DNA of 64,000 bases, taken from the NCBI GenBank assembly GCA_946965045.2, contig OX337231.1, positions 186,001 to 250,000 of the forward strand, read 5' to 3'. Both the position numbers and the translations under genes were made by a program. The DNA is from Epithemia pelagica. Its lineage: Eukaryota > Protista > Bacillariophyta. Numbering within the stretch: the stretch's first letter is position 1; the number at the start of each line of letters is the position of its first letter. Positions 22,701 to 33,353 of the stretch are shown piece after piece. The notes below the pieces were generated by a model. The model was not told the origin of the DNA and searched no databases. It saw only the letters and a program-made list of their open reading frames with translations.

Positions 22701-24745
22701 TTCATGGCTTTGATACTTCGACGCATGTCTCGTCGTGTCGTTTGCACAAACGACGTTCGTTTGGTACTTTTTCGTGAGACTTCGGATGGTTGGTCTCCTC
22801 CGCCTTCTTCGGGAATGGAGGTATCCCGAATGGTCAAAATCACATACAAGAGAGGAATCAAATGATCCAACAAATTGAGCAGAGGTTTGTCAATGGTCAA
22901 CAAGAGTTCGTGTCGCAACGCAATCAAGTGTTGCAGGCGATCTTCCTTGGAAATGCCCGTGGTGGATCCATACAAGACGTGACGGCACAATTCATTGCAG
23001 GCAATGCCAATGCCAGCCAAGGGTTGATCCTTGACTTTAATGTCATGTTTGCCCGTGACAAAAATACCACTCCCAAACGTTGACGACAATGACGACGACG
23101 ACGAGGATGACACGGAGCCACCGCCACTAGAGGATGGTGGTACATAGGCACCCGCATTGGTGGACGATGACGACGACAAGTGATAACTTGCGGATTGTCG
23201 TTGGGGTTGGGGTCGTCGCAATCGTCGTGTTGGATCCTTGAGGGTGGCGGCCAAACTAGATTTGCCCGCACCCGAAGGACCACTCAACAAGACCAATTCT
23301 CGGGGTGGTGGCGGCGGTGGTGAGGTTGACGACGACGATGATGATGCAGATGGTTTGGTACTGGGATCCCAGGCACTGTTGTGGTTGGAGGATATTGATG
23401 ACGAGGATTGTTGTTGATTCATGCGATGCAAACAGTCCAACAAGACTTGCTTTTCCTGGTTCCGTCCAATCAAGCCCAGGGATTCAAATTTCAATCGATT
23501 CATGGAACTCAAGGCCGAGGCCAACTTTTTCTTTTTTTGCGTTTCCAAACTGGATCGAACCAAGGTGACTTCGGGTACAATCATGCTGGACCGGGGAGAC
23601 GAGGGCAAGGTGGTGGACAATGCCGACATGGAAGACGCATCCCCCGACGAACCCGCGCTGTGTTGACTCGTCAAGGAAGCACCATGTGCCCGATTACTAT
23701 ACAACGATCGTCGATGTCGACGTTGGCGCAAACTGGGAGATTCGTGCAAAAAGTCCATGGACAAGTTGTGGTTGGTGTGGTTGGGCGTATAGAACGAAAT
23801 GGTTTCCGTCAAACCATCGTCGGCACCGTGTTGTTGGGAATCATGACTGCTCCGTCGTCGACGCGATTTGGACAAGCGGCGTTGCGGTGGGGGCAAGACA
23901 CTGTCCGAAACGGACCGACCAGCAGCCGTCGACGATGATGACGACAATTCCGGAGCATGATCTTCAGGTGTCGCATCCACCGCCAAGGTGGCGTCCGACA
24001 TGGAAAAGCGCAAACTACTCGGTTCTTCCAAGGTTTCCATGGTCCCTCGTCGTTGACTTCCATTGGTGGTATTGCTCCGATCCGAACTGCGCATCAACAA
24101 GGATCGTCGTCGAAAGGAACGATTCTCCACCATGAATTCGCTGCTATTGGTCGTCGTAGATGTATCATCCTCCTTTGGATTCGTGTCATTTCTGTTGGAC
24201 GAGGAAGCAGCAGCAGATTCGTCTGGTTTCGATGCGGCACTTGTCGTAGCAGAAGCAGCAGCTACAGGGATTGGAGTGGTATCTTGTGGGGGTGGTATTG
24301 ATTCCACTCTCGTTGTGGATGTTGTGGGTGTGCTTCCTTGTGCGGAGGGGTCTGATGTTGGTAGTGGAGGTGCGTTGGTAGAAGGAGGAGGAGGCACGGC
24401 CGTCGAGGACAAGCCTGGATGCTCAGGGTGGAGGTGCAAAGGGCTCGACGACGACGAATTGGTTGGAGGGTTGTTGTGGTTGTTGTCACCAACATTCTCT
24501 ATTGTTTCCACAGAATCGAACCGAATCAAATCGACCTCTGATGGAGATGGCGTTTCCTCTGGGTCTACCAACACAATGAGATTGTCGTCGTCTGGATCGT
24601 CGTTGTCCTGCTCAGAATGTGGTGCTTGTTCGGGTCGTCGTCGTTGTAATGGCGCATCCTCCTGGTAGTGGTTGCTGTCTCCTTGTTTACTAGGTGCTGC
24701 ATCCACCGAGATGCTATCACGACTCGCTCCTGCATCTGGATCCAT
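19754..24745 (-). CDS. STAND/AAA_16-type NTPase + helical repeats (copy 4, 1663 aa)
   Basis: ATG at 24745. LIGRNQE, Walker A GPSGAGKS, Walker B MLLDDLQWAD, YRFVHDTVQE, GGFLQDAGIANERYA...DWGAARKV. Confidence 0.9.
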   Translation of the reverse strand: MDPDAGASRDSISVDAAPSKQGDSNHYQEDAPLQRRRPEQAPHSEQDNDDPDDDNLIVLVDPEETPSPSEVDLIRFDSVETIENVGDNNHNNPPTNSSSSSPLHLHPEHPGLSSTAVPPPPSTNAPPLPTSDPSAQGSTPTTSTTRVESIPPPQDTTPIPVAAASATTSAASKPDESAAASSSNRNDTNPKEDDTSTTTNSSEFMVENRSFRRRSLLMRSSDRSNTTNGSQRRGTMETLEEPSSLRFSMSDATLAVDATPEDHAPELSSSSSTAAGRSVSDSVLPPPQRRLSKSRRRRSSHDSQQHGADDGLTETISFYTPNHTNHNLSMDFLHESPSLRQRRHRRSLYSNRAHGASLTSQHSAGSSGDASSMSALSTTLPSSPRSSMIVPEVTLVRSSLETQKKKKLASALSSMNRLKFESLGLIGRNQEKQVLLDCLHRMNQQQSSSSISSNHNSAWDPSTKPSASSSSSSTSPPPPPPRELVLLSGPSGAGKSSLAATLKDPTRRLRRPQPQRQSASYHLSSSSSTNAGAYVPPSSSGGGSVSSSSSSSLSSTFGSGIFVTGKHDIKVKDQPLAGIGIACNELCRHVLYGSTTGISKEDRLQHLIALRHELLLTIDKPLLNLLDHLIPLLYVILTIRDTSIPEEGGGDQPSEVSRKSTKRTSFVQTTRRDMRRSIKAMKQQPSFTAQGGLGTGTGVGTTTGLVGGGGGRKRRLRSSVSRFHHDAAQVQNFLAEEEDQQPAGILMGGLRVWESETSQDSNHENPTESTPKVEIDASQAKSLLQFAMRNFLRVMAGRLGPIVMLLDDLQWADQSSLDMIKAIVSDIAIPNILIIGCYRSDEVDDTHPLRRAIPEYQAAAAPGSSGNRSNHATRDFTFTELEIGNLPQESVNEMLVELLSVTPEKAEGLAKVCYKRTLGNVFFVKEFLMLLHEIDILVFDVGSFQWSWDEGKLEKGTAATFNVVNMIKMKIDKYPDGMVLLLSVAASLGNIFHTATLKLLWLYLQDKYNGTSEGVDELLDVAQREMLIEPIGESSYRFVHDTVQETALMLMPDDESSDFRCEIGKCLYENLPQKELDNMLFVVTDLLNDGMYDGVEMGELNASAAMKARDLSAFNTSIHYVEKGILCLNRTDMWEEHPKLTMSLYTTGAEAEECAGNSEKSDWYCREVRRQEIIPVLDKMRVNHTIVERLYSNGKYDELWSIFLDTLDELGCTLPRRRTMQKFSALVTIRETKRKYLPVAEEVENMSMITDPAKREAIAFMLKAASFCLDSKNKPLYVLLCCKCVRWTKKYGLTPYTASGFASFANVLMHEYGDWKTAMKIGEIALNIEKRLGSNFTKASTLQKLSSFVLGWVKPLRTCRTNYLEAYRVGILSGNIGGAAMSILFFSICEFFSGGHKLPDLDEDLRNYISQLEKLKLHPHVLGLRLLWQKVLNLMGAPYNQQTTTLTGTAMHGIDVERHMVIYKTNSSLHICNLCAYFSEYEKGADVAMAFGDEFYKIWSGAAYFGKEPFSRALCLYATAIKTGQARYLKAARKARSTIAKWVRSGAINLVHELLILDAEEAVVKQLKKQIGKAYKQAISAAARGGFLQDAGIANERYATYLMSQDMLGDAGFYMKKAVQYYTDWGAARKVELLEQKYGEILNMTESVLQLDSSDLRVSTSFT

Positions 24746-25856
24746 TTTGTGAGAGTGACGACGGTGTAAAGATGGAGAGAGACTGCGACAATGGAATGAA
24801 CTGGTCTCCCTACATGCATGTGCGTCTTGTTGTTGGTTTGGTTGCTATTGTTGGTTTGGGTTGCAAAATTCCAAAATTTCCGCCACACAGTCAGTAGTCA
24901 GTAGCCTCTACTCCTAGGAGTATTATTTTATACTCCTATAAATCTACCATAGCAGAGTCATAGATAGAAAGGCGACGACGTGGTGCGTCGGTTTCGGCAT
25001 GGAACTTCCACTACCCGTATAGGTTTCTCACTTCCAATTGCTACACAGAGGATACCATTCGGAAGTGATTGAGACGCTCGGAAATTGCTCAACGAAGGTC
25101 CACGAGCTTCCGTGGGGTTCGGCGAAAACGACTAGGAGTAGGAAACGGGCACAAAAGAGGGGGCGTCTACTGTTCCGGCAAAACACTACCCATAGCTCGT
25201 ACCCACGAACACTCTCTAATCTTCATAAGAATGACATTGACTCTATGAGGTCAGGGAGTCTGGACCAGGGGCTACCCCGGAATGCGAACTCAGAAATACG
25301 GGTTCTCAGACCTATCTTTGGAATCCCAGTGACAATCCGGCCAAGAAATCTGTCGAGAACATGAGCAGCTACTGCCTATGCCTAGTACCTAGAGTCTATG
25401 TGGCCTTTGGAAGCATCTTTGGCAAATCGCCATGTCTACTACCCACCGAACTATCGTAGAGAGAGGCACTTCCTAGACGTATATTCTGTTGGTGGAGGCT
25501 GTCGCTGTCTCTGGTTGCCGGGCGAGTGGATACTATTGTACCTAGGTAGACTCTCCCCTCGCATGTGTCTATTTCATTCAACCCCTAGGAGTTGTAGTTC
25601 AAGGAGGAGAGGTCTTTTCGTCGAATGCATCCCTTCCTAAAGAGACGACTCCCTACGACGACAACGACAAGTTCGACCAACTTCACACACAACCTCAAGA
25701 GTCGATTCTCACACACACAAAAAGAGAGAAAAGAGAGGATCTTTTAACAGGCGAGAAAGAGAGAAAAGGGAGGATCTTAACAGGCGAGTAATGTATACAA
25801 TACTACTATGTATAGAATCCAATGGTTCGTCGTGGGCAACACCAACAATGACTGGC

Positions 25857-27388
25857 TCATGCTTCTTCTTCCTCCTCCTCTTCGTCTTCATCATCTTCTT
25901 CTTCCTCCTCCTCCTCTTCGTCGTCGTCGTAGTCTTCCTCTTCCTCAAAGTCTTCTTCGTCTTCGTCCTCCGCTCCTTGATAGTCGGGCAACAAGTGGGG
26001 AAATTGATGGCGAAATTGTTGCTGGCTGGGTCGGGAATATCCCAATGGGACATGGGGCAAGTCCCACAATTCGGTAACCAGCACACGTCGTTGTCCGGCC
26101 GTGATTGGCGTAATGCCATGCGAAGCTTCGGAATAAAAGACGACGGCGGAATATTGCGGCACCTTGAATTGGACACTGGACGATTTCAAGGTAAAGGCGC
26201 CGCCCTCGTAGTCGTTGGGATCCGACAGGGCAATGCTGACGGTATACAAGGATTCGGAATCGACGTGCAAGCCCAACCGACCCGTGGTATGATAGTCGAG
26301 CAATTCGGCCGTTCGTAGGCCGAGCGTCGAGGGATGCGGCATGGCCCATTCACCACGATACATGTTGGGACGCGTTCGAACGCGTTCGTCAAAGGTGGCA
26401 CCGGAATTCCATGCCGCATGGGCATGCGCCAAGTGAATGGCGTGGTACAAGGCATGCACAATGCCGGGCAAGTAGCGTTGCACCAAACCGGCCAAAAAGG
26501 TGACATGATTGCCGCCCATGTCCTTGTACAAGCCATATTTCTCGTCGACTTCTTCATTGCCAAAGGGACGTTCTTGATAAAAGGGCAACTCGTGGGGCAA
26601 CAAGTCTTGAATACACGTGTGCAAGGCCTGCACATGCCAGGCTTGACAGTCTGTCACGGCCTTATCAATCACCACCAAGTCACCTGAGCAATCAAAGAAC
26701 AAGAGCAAGAAGAAAACGATACAAACAAAGAAAGCGAGGGAGAGAGAGAGAGAGGAGAGAAAGAGAGAGAGGAGAGAAAGAGTATGAGTCATACAAGAGA
26801 GGATCCTTTTGTTGTTTGGGTGGTGTACGTACCTTCGTCGACATGGGTATAGAGACTGACGGCTCGGGGGCCTTGATGGTCGTCATGGTCGTCGACGTGA
26901 CAGTTGGCGGGCAGTGCTTCGTGTCGTTGTCGCTGCAAACAGGTTTGCAGTTGGTCATCCATGTCCTGTTCGCGCCACCATTGTTGCCAATACCCGACAT
27001 AGTCGACCGTGCGTCGATTCGAATCGTTGGGATCGCGGCGCCATTCCACTTCGACCGTGGGGGCCATCCAGTCTTGGACGCCCAAGGCCCCTAAACAGGA
27101 CGCTTCGTCCAATGTCAGGTCGTCGTCCTTGTCCTTGTCATTCACCGCCGACCGCCAGGTGGGATTGGCCCGACAGGCGGCCGCCAAACGATTTCGTTTG
27201 GTTTCGTCGTCTTGCATGCTGTCATTGTCGGTGGTGGTATCTTCTGCTTGTTCTTCGGGTGGTTGTGGTTGTGTCTCCTCGCTCACGACATGAACCTCTC
27301 CCCGAGCGTCCATGGCCGCGACACCTGTCAGCACGGCAGTAGAGCAGGCTGGAAGCAGCAGGGCCAGCACGACGAGCAGCCAGGACAT
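25857..27388 (-). CDS. Secreted 2OG-Fe(II) oxygenase (prolyl 4-hydroxylase/PKHD-like); 2 exons: 27388-26833 and 26683-25857
   Basis: Signal-peptide-like start MSWLLVVLALLLPACS (alternative ATG at 27433). A 149-nt intron GTACGT...CAG at 26832-26684 joins VDEG-DLVVIDK in frame. Facial triad HVD...H, YEGG, terminal R (QRRVLV) and an acidic E/D tail. Confidence 0.8.
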
Positions 27389-28553
27389 GGTGGTGGTGGT
27401 TCTGTTGTTGTGGTTCGTTGTTCTCGTCGTCATTTTGTCTCTCCAAGCAATGTATGTCTTTCGGAAACGACGACCGCAAGATCACAACCGCAAAGCTTCT
27501 TTGTTCGGTGTCTCGTCGTCGTATTTCGTATCTTGTATAGACTTTGCTCTCTAGAATCAGATCCCCCAGACACGATCTCATCGCCGGCCACACGATTCGA
27601 CCCGTGCAATCCCCTACAGAGAATACGACGGCGCGCCGCCATGGTCCCGTGCTTCCAAAGACACTCCCCACTCACACCATACAATAACAGGCGACTGTCT
27701 GTGACCAGTGTCTATGTCTTTGCTCCCGCTTGAGTCGTGTGTGAGTCCCCGCGGGACTGTCTCCAGCGGTTCCGGACGATCCAATCTTTCGACAAATCGA
27801 TGTAAATGGTCACATGGAAGCGCTCAAGTGTAACGGCAGTCCGAAAGAGTCACGACAATCGGGTGGGATCGCGCGAGGCGGTCGGCGCAGAATCACAACA
27901 CAAAGCGCATCCATTCGATCCCTCTATTCTCTACTACGGTAGATACGGAGAGAGCTAGCTAGCTAGAGGAGTAGAGAGAGCACTCGTTTGGTTCGATCTA
28001 GAGAACGTAGTTACCGATTGCAACCTCAAGCTCTAGCTAGAGCATGACAACGACCCATCCAATCATCCAAACCGGCCAACACACAAGCAGCGAGTCGTTT
28101 GTCTCTACTCTACTACGTTCGTTCGATCTACTACGAACCGAATCGTCGTCGTCCTTGTCGACGTGTCGTGCCGTTCTAGATTCCCCAGTGCGTACCAATG
28201 GGATCTAGAAAGGCGGGTCGTCCCGAGTTAGTTTGGGAGGATCCATTCGATCCCAACAATTGTCCTCCTCCTCGTGCACACATGCACATTGCCTCGAATG
28301 CCCTTTTTCTCTGTCTCTCGTTCCAGACGCACCACACTACTACCTACATGAGGGGGAATGTGTGTATGTCCAACACCATGGAATGGATCCATCCACGAGC
28401 ATCTTGTTGTTGTTGTTGTTGTTTGGGGGGAGATGGGCTCACAGACACATGTAGACACACACACACACACACACACACACCAAGAAGTACCGTATTCGTC
28501 GAATGCGCCTCCGACAATTCCCAAGTCCTCGGGTCCATCCGACAAGCATTTCT

Positions 28554-29040
28554 GTCTCCCAACCAACCAACGACTCCCTCTATAGTATATCCCCCATTTG
28601 GTTGGTAGGAGCCACCCTTGTCGTCGTCCCCCAACGGAACTCGTAGTGCAATGCCGCGCACAAGGTGCTGGTTCGGTCCTAGTCTAGGGGCAACGCGGGA
28701 TGTGTCAGCCTCTCCCAACCACAACCAACGACTCCTCCATTCCTTGTTGCTAGGAGATCCGTCGTCCCCCAACGGGACTCTCGTAGTGCGATGTGGGGCA
28801 GGCTTTTGGTTCGGCAAATCTGGTGGTGGTTGCAATGGGGGAAGTCATACTCGGTGGGTGCGATGCTCGTGTCCCCCATTCTTCTTTGGAACCACACAAC
28901 CAAGTAATAGGAGAACTGTGGATACGTGGTGGTTTGGTTGGGCGAGAGGATCTTCTTCTCCCCCACAGTGTGCCACAGATGGTCGTGTCCCCCAACGGGA
29001 CTGTTTGTGTGGTACCCCCAATCGAGGTAGTCCCGTTGGC
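28554..29040. repeat. Diverged ~140-200-nt direct repeats with an inverted copy
   Basis: Core gtcccccaacgg(a/g)act near 28625, 28764 and 28987. tctcccaacc(acaacc)aacgactcc near 28555 and 28711. Reverse-complement-like copy near 28928-28950. Confidence 0.6.
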
Positions 29041-29453
29041 GTCCTTCGTATAACTGGGTACGGCAATCTACGCACCACAAACTTAGAGAGCCAAGTGAGG
29101 GTGTTCATTCTCGTTCTGTCTCTCTCGTTTGGCCTCATAAATTTGCAACCCGAGTCATTTTTCGTGGCAGCCGCCGAGTCTCTCCCTCTATTACAGCAGT
29201 GAATTGTTGGTGTGGTTTGCCCTTGGCAAAACAAAGAATACAAGGTACGTTGCAGTGTTGCAGTGTTGCAGTGTGGTTCACACCACACTAGTAGAGTCTG
29301 CATCAGTCTTTTTCTTCTTCGATTGGTGGAATGGTGATGGCACAGTGTCGTGTTCCCACAAGGTACAAGATCGACTTGGTTTCTCATTGATTCCTTTGCT
29401 CTTGCGTGTGCGGTTCTTTGGCAGTGCATTGTTTGTTTCGTAGCAGTATCATC

Positions 29454-31637
29454 ATGACGGAGTATTATCACAAGACCCTCAAGAACCATAAGTCGTCGTC
29501 GTCCACGTGGGCCGGCTGGGTTCGTGCTGGATGGAAGCAAGGAGTGGCCACCCTTTGTTTGGCCGTGGCGATTACGCAGGTTTTGTGGATTCAAGTCGGG
29601 ACGACTCCCGAGTGGCAGTCGGTGGCCGAGACGGGACTCGTGGTGGAACCCTCCACTCAAGCCCTCGTTCCATCGCAGTCCCGTCGTCACTTGCTCCAAG
29701 ACGTTCCCCTCATTCCGTCGCAAATTGGACCCGTCATGACCCGTACCTCTCCTCAAGACGACCACAACGAGCACCAGTGGAGCAATGATTACAATGTCGT
29801 GCACGTGATTCATACCCGCTTGCTCCAAGACTATTCGGATAGTGTGGGACACTTGAATGCGGCCCGCTGGTACTTGTTTCAAACTCTGTGCGTTCCGAGT
29901 ATGCTGCAGCAAAGCAACCAACAGTACCTGTGGATGATTTGGATGGATCCGCAATTGGCCTTATTGGGCGAGGATGACAAAGTGGGACGACTGGTGCGCG
30001 ACTGGATGCAAACACAGCCAATGACCAGTATCGTCGTGGTGGCCGCCAATCACAATGACACTCATGTCCATCATAACCCAGCAAATCAGGACGACAACAA
30101 TGCTCCCACCTTGCGCAATTGGTATGGTCGATCTCAACAAGACTGGATGGAATCGTCGAATTTGGTGGCCTTTGGTTCCACGGCCTTGCTGGAATCCTAT
30201 TACCACGCGTCCCAGACCCATGTCTTGGTCGAAACGGTCCTCGATGCCGACGATGCGCTTTCGGCAACCTTTGTGGAAACGGTCCAAGCCCAAGCCGCCG
30301 TATATGTCGGTCACGATACGCGTCCCCACTCGACCCACGTCGAAACCTATTGTCCCGCATCCCACGTCGAATGGCGGTATTATCCCAATCCTCCAAAGAA
30401 TCATCATGACAACCAGAACGACTCTTTGCAACGAGGCCAATTGGTGCATTATCACAATCGCAATTTTTGCATTCAGTCCGGCCTGACCGTGGCCTACCAC
30501 GTCCAGGCCGCCGGTCGTCGTCACTTGTCCAATTGCAATCAACACACGCTGCAAGAAAAGTGTTGCGAACCGCCCCTGCGACGTCTCGCACAACTCGAAC
30601 CACAACCACACCCACACCCAATGAGTACCTACCCGGACGATCCGGCCCGATTGCGTGCCTCCCACCAAAAAAAGAGCAAGAAACAAGAGGGATTGCAACT
30701 GATTGATGTGCGCCACAAGGATCATCGATCCTTGTTGGGGACATTGGACAATCAAGCCTTTTTTGACACAGAAGCCGAGTGGCGGGCCAAGATTCAACAC
30801 TGTTGTCTCGACCGGGAAGACTTTGACGATCCCATGTTGCTGCCCAAGTTGGACATTCAATCGTCTTCCGGGTTTGGCCGCGTGTGGCAAGATGCGTGGT
30901 TTGATTTCTTGGCGTTTGAATACAAGACGACCATTACCTACAGTCATGGCATTGCCGCCATGGGCGGTCATTTTGATTTGCAAGCCATTGGGGGAGCCGG
31001 TGCCGGTATCTACGTCGATGTCAAGATGGATGGTCAACCCGCCGTGCACATTCCGGGACAAACCCAAGGCTTTTTTGGCTTTTACTCGGACCGCTTGGTC
31101 ACGACGATTGAATTGACGGTCGGCCACAATGACAACAACCTGCCCTTGATTGGATCGCCCTTGGCCGAAGCTTTTACCATTGAGTGGTTGGAATTTGCCT
31201 ATCCCCCGCAACATGCCTGCTTGCGACGCTTGCAACCGCTCCCCGCTGCACACGAAGAAACGACCCACGACAACTGGATGCAGTCCTTGCCCGCCGCCGT
31301 TCTCGTGTCTCGCACTCCCACTGCCGCGGGCATGAAACATGTGTTGCCCCGTTCGGATCGCCAGGGCACCAATTCTGTCGCCCTCACAACGTTTGACGGG
31401 CATCAAGACGAGGCCTGGCAGTATGTCCAACGCACCTTTGGCCTGTCGGCCGCCACGGCCATGACCGTCCATGCCACCTTGCAGCACAACCTGACGGACA
31501 TTTTGACCCAAGCCTTGGCCGCTCAATGTGCGCCGGGCCATTCCTGCAAGGCATCCAGTCAACACGCCTTGGGAGTCTTGTTGGATCAGGAACGACTCCA
31601 TCAACAGGAAGAAGAAGAGTCTCAGCATTCCTATTAG
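29454..31637 (+). CDS. Type II membrane putative rhamnosyltransferase-like glycosyltransferase with an internal inserted domain
   Basis: N-terminal TM anchor (VATLCLAVAITQVLWIQV), HVIHTRLLQ, LFQTLCVPSMLQQS, LWMIWMDP, ETVLDADDAL (DxDD) and late SRTPTAAGM, matching my recollection of the putative rhamnosyl transferase family. Confidence 0.65.
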   Translation: MTEYYHKTLKNHKSSSSTWAGWVRAGWKQGVATLCLAVAITQVLWIQVGTTPEWQSVAETGLVVEPSTQALVPSQSRRHLLQDVPLIPSQIGPVMTRTSPQDDHNEHQWSNDYNVVHVIHTRLLQDYSDSVGHLNAARWYLFQTLCVPSMLQQSNQQYLWMIWMDPQLALLGEDDKVGRLVRDWMQTQPMTSIVVVAANHNDTHVHHNPANQDDNNAPTLRNWYGRSQQDWMESSNLVAFGSTALLESYYHASQTHVLVETVLDADDALSATFVETVQAQAAVYVGHDTRPHSTHVETYCPASHVEWRYYPNPPKNHHDNQNDSLQRGQLVHYHNRNFCIQSGLTVAYHVQAAGRRHLSNCNQHTLQEKCCEPPLRRLAQLEPQPHPHPMSTYPDDPARLRASHQKKSKKQEGLQLIDVRHKDHRSLLGTLDNQAFFDTEAEWRAKIQHCCLDREDFDDPMLLPKLDIQSSSGFGRVWQDAWFDFLAFEYKTTITYSHGIAAMGGHFDLQAIGGAGAGIYVDVKMDGQPAVHIPGQTQGFFGFYSDRLVTTIELTVGHNDNNLPLIGSPLAEAFTIEWLEFAYPPQHACLRRLQPLPAAHEETTHDNWMQSLPAAVLVSRTPTAAGMKHVLPRSDRQGTNSVALTTFDGHQDEAWQYVQRTFGLSAATAMTVHATLQHNLTDILTQALAAQCAPGHSCKASSQHALGVLLDQERLHQQEEEESQHSY

Positions 31638-32161
31638 ACCACCAAGACTCGTAAGCGAGAGAGTTGCAGTGGATTGTATCCCAGTCCGTGTGTGGCTGGT
31701 GACAACGGCAACTCTCGCATTCTCTCTCTCTCTCCCATGGACTGTATTATCGGCTGCCCCAACCAACTTGGAAGAAAAAAATCATCACAGACAAGGAAAC
31801 GGAACCAAAATACATTATCATCATCATCATAACATTACACAATAGTAGAACAAAGCAGTTGTCCATGGAATTCCTGTCTTGTACCACCATAACAGAGTAA
31901 TGTGTGTGTGCGTGTGCGTGTGTGTGGTGGTCGTCTCGTGTGTTGCACGCGGTTGGGGAAACGAGTATTGATCGAAACACCGGACGACATGGCTGGGAAT
32001 CCGCACTGACTATACTCTATCTCTCTCTCTATTTATTGATTGGACCGACGACCATTGGACCCCTCGGTTCCGCCTCGTTCGCTGCCTTGCGCGCTCCATG
32101 GTCTGTTTCTCGGTCGCTTCTGGGGACTCTATGGTTTGGCAGTGTGTCAAAACAGATCCGG

Positions 32162-33353
32162 TTACGACTCGTCTCCTCCCTCATCAAAGTCGTGGTCGTC
32201 CTGGAGATCGGCGCCTCGCACATCGGCCGATTCGCCATGTTGAATGGCATGATCGACCGTGGCCAAGACATGGTCCACGGAGTCTTCGTCCGTAATGTTG
32301 AGGGGTAAAAAGCTCACCATGCTATAATCCTCCAAGACTTGTCCCAAGGCTTGGGTCAAGCCGTGCCACTTGTTGTTGTGGCGTCGAGTCGTAGTAGGTT
32401 CGGCCAACGGATAGTCCAAATTGGCAAAACTACGACGCATGGGTGGATCCTCGTTGTCGTCATCATTGTTGTCGTCGGCTTGTTCGTTCGAGTCTTCTTC
32501 CTCTTCTTTTTCTCCGTGTCCCATTCGATGCGACCGTGGTGGCAAGGAGAGCAGGGGCGCAACTGTCGATGTGGCATGATACTCGTGATTCTGCAAGACG
32601 TGCTGGGGCGATTGGGCCAACAAGGTGTCGTCCAACTCGTCGCGTTGCCGCGGACTGAGCAAATCCGTCTTTGTGAGCAAATTGACATGGGGCACCTCCA
32701 AGGCAATCATGGCCGCGAGTGCCAGTAACGAGCCGGACCAAAATTTGGTCACGTCGCCCAAGACAAAGGTCACATCCAAACAATAGACGGTCACGACATG
32801 ACCCTGCCAGTCCTGCAATTGCTCCACCAAGGATTTCAGAATGGGCACGTGCGTGACCAATTCCACTTGTCCGGGACAATCCAACAGCACGGTATCGTCC
32901 TCGTCCAAGTCGGACAAGATATCGTGACACAACCAGTCCGACACGTGTTGCAACAAATATTCCATGCAATAGACCAAGGCGCCATTGGGCCCCAAGCCCA
33001 ATTCTTGCATCACGTCCGTGACGGAAATCAAGTCGCGGACATCGGCCAAACACTCATACGAAAACTGTTCGGCGGCGGGATCCAAATTCACGACATGAAT
33101 CCGACGTTTGCGAATGCCTTGCAAACTGTGCGCGTGCTCTTGCACCGCCCGACAATACGTCGACTTGCCCGAACCGGCGGGACCCTATCGGTAGTATATA
33201 GGTCGAGAAGAAGAAGAAAAAGAGGGAACACAGTCCGTGAGACAACCGGAACCCACAAATTGGATCAAACTCTGGAGACCGATGCACTCCTCCATTCCAT
33301 TCCATGAGATTCCATGTACGTACCACAACCATTTGAATCGAACAGGGACCCAT
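32162..33353 (-). CDS. GPN3: GPN-loop GTPase 3; 2 exons: 33353-33324 and 33184-32162
   Basis: Exon 1 MGPCSIQMVV plus a 139-nt GTACGT...TAG intron joins GPAGSGKSTYC. Contains VNLDPA, GLGPNGALVYCMEYL (GPN loop), DCPGQVEL, HVNLLTKTDLL and EDYSMVSFLPL. Confidence 0.9.

Noticed and set aside
25791-26318. 175-aa Phe/Leu/Val-rich plus-strand ORF
   Set aside because: Antisense of the oxygenase poly-acidic tail.
29961-31766. 601-aa minus-strand ORF
   Set aside because: Antisense shadow of the glycosyltransferase; no recognisable motifs.
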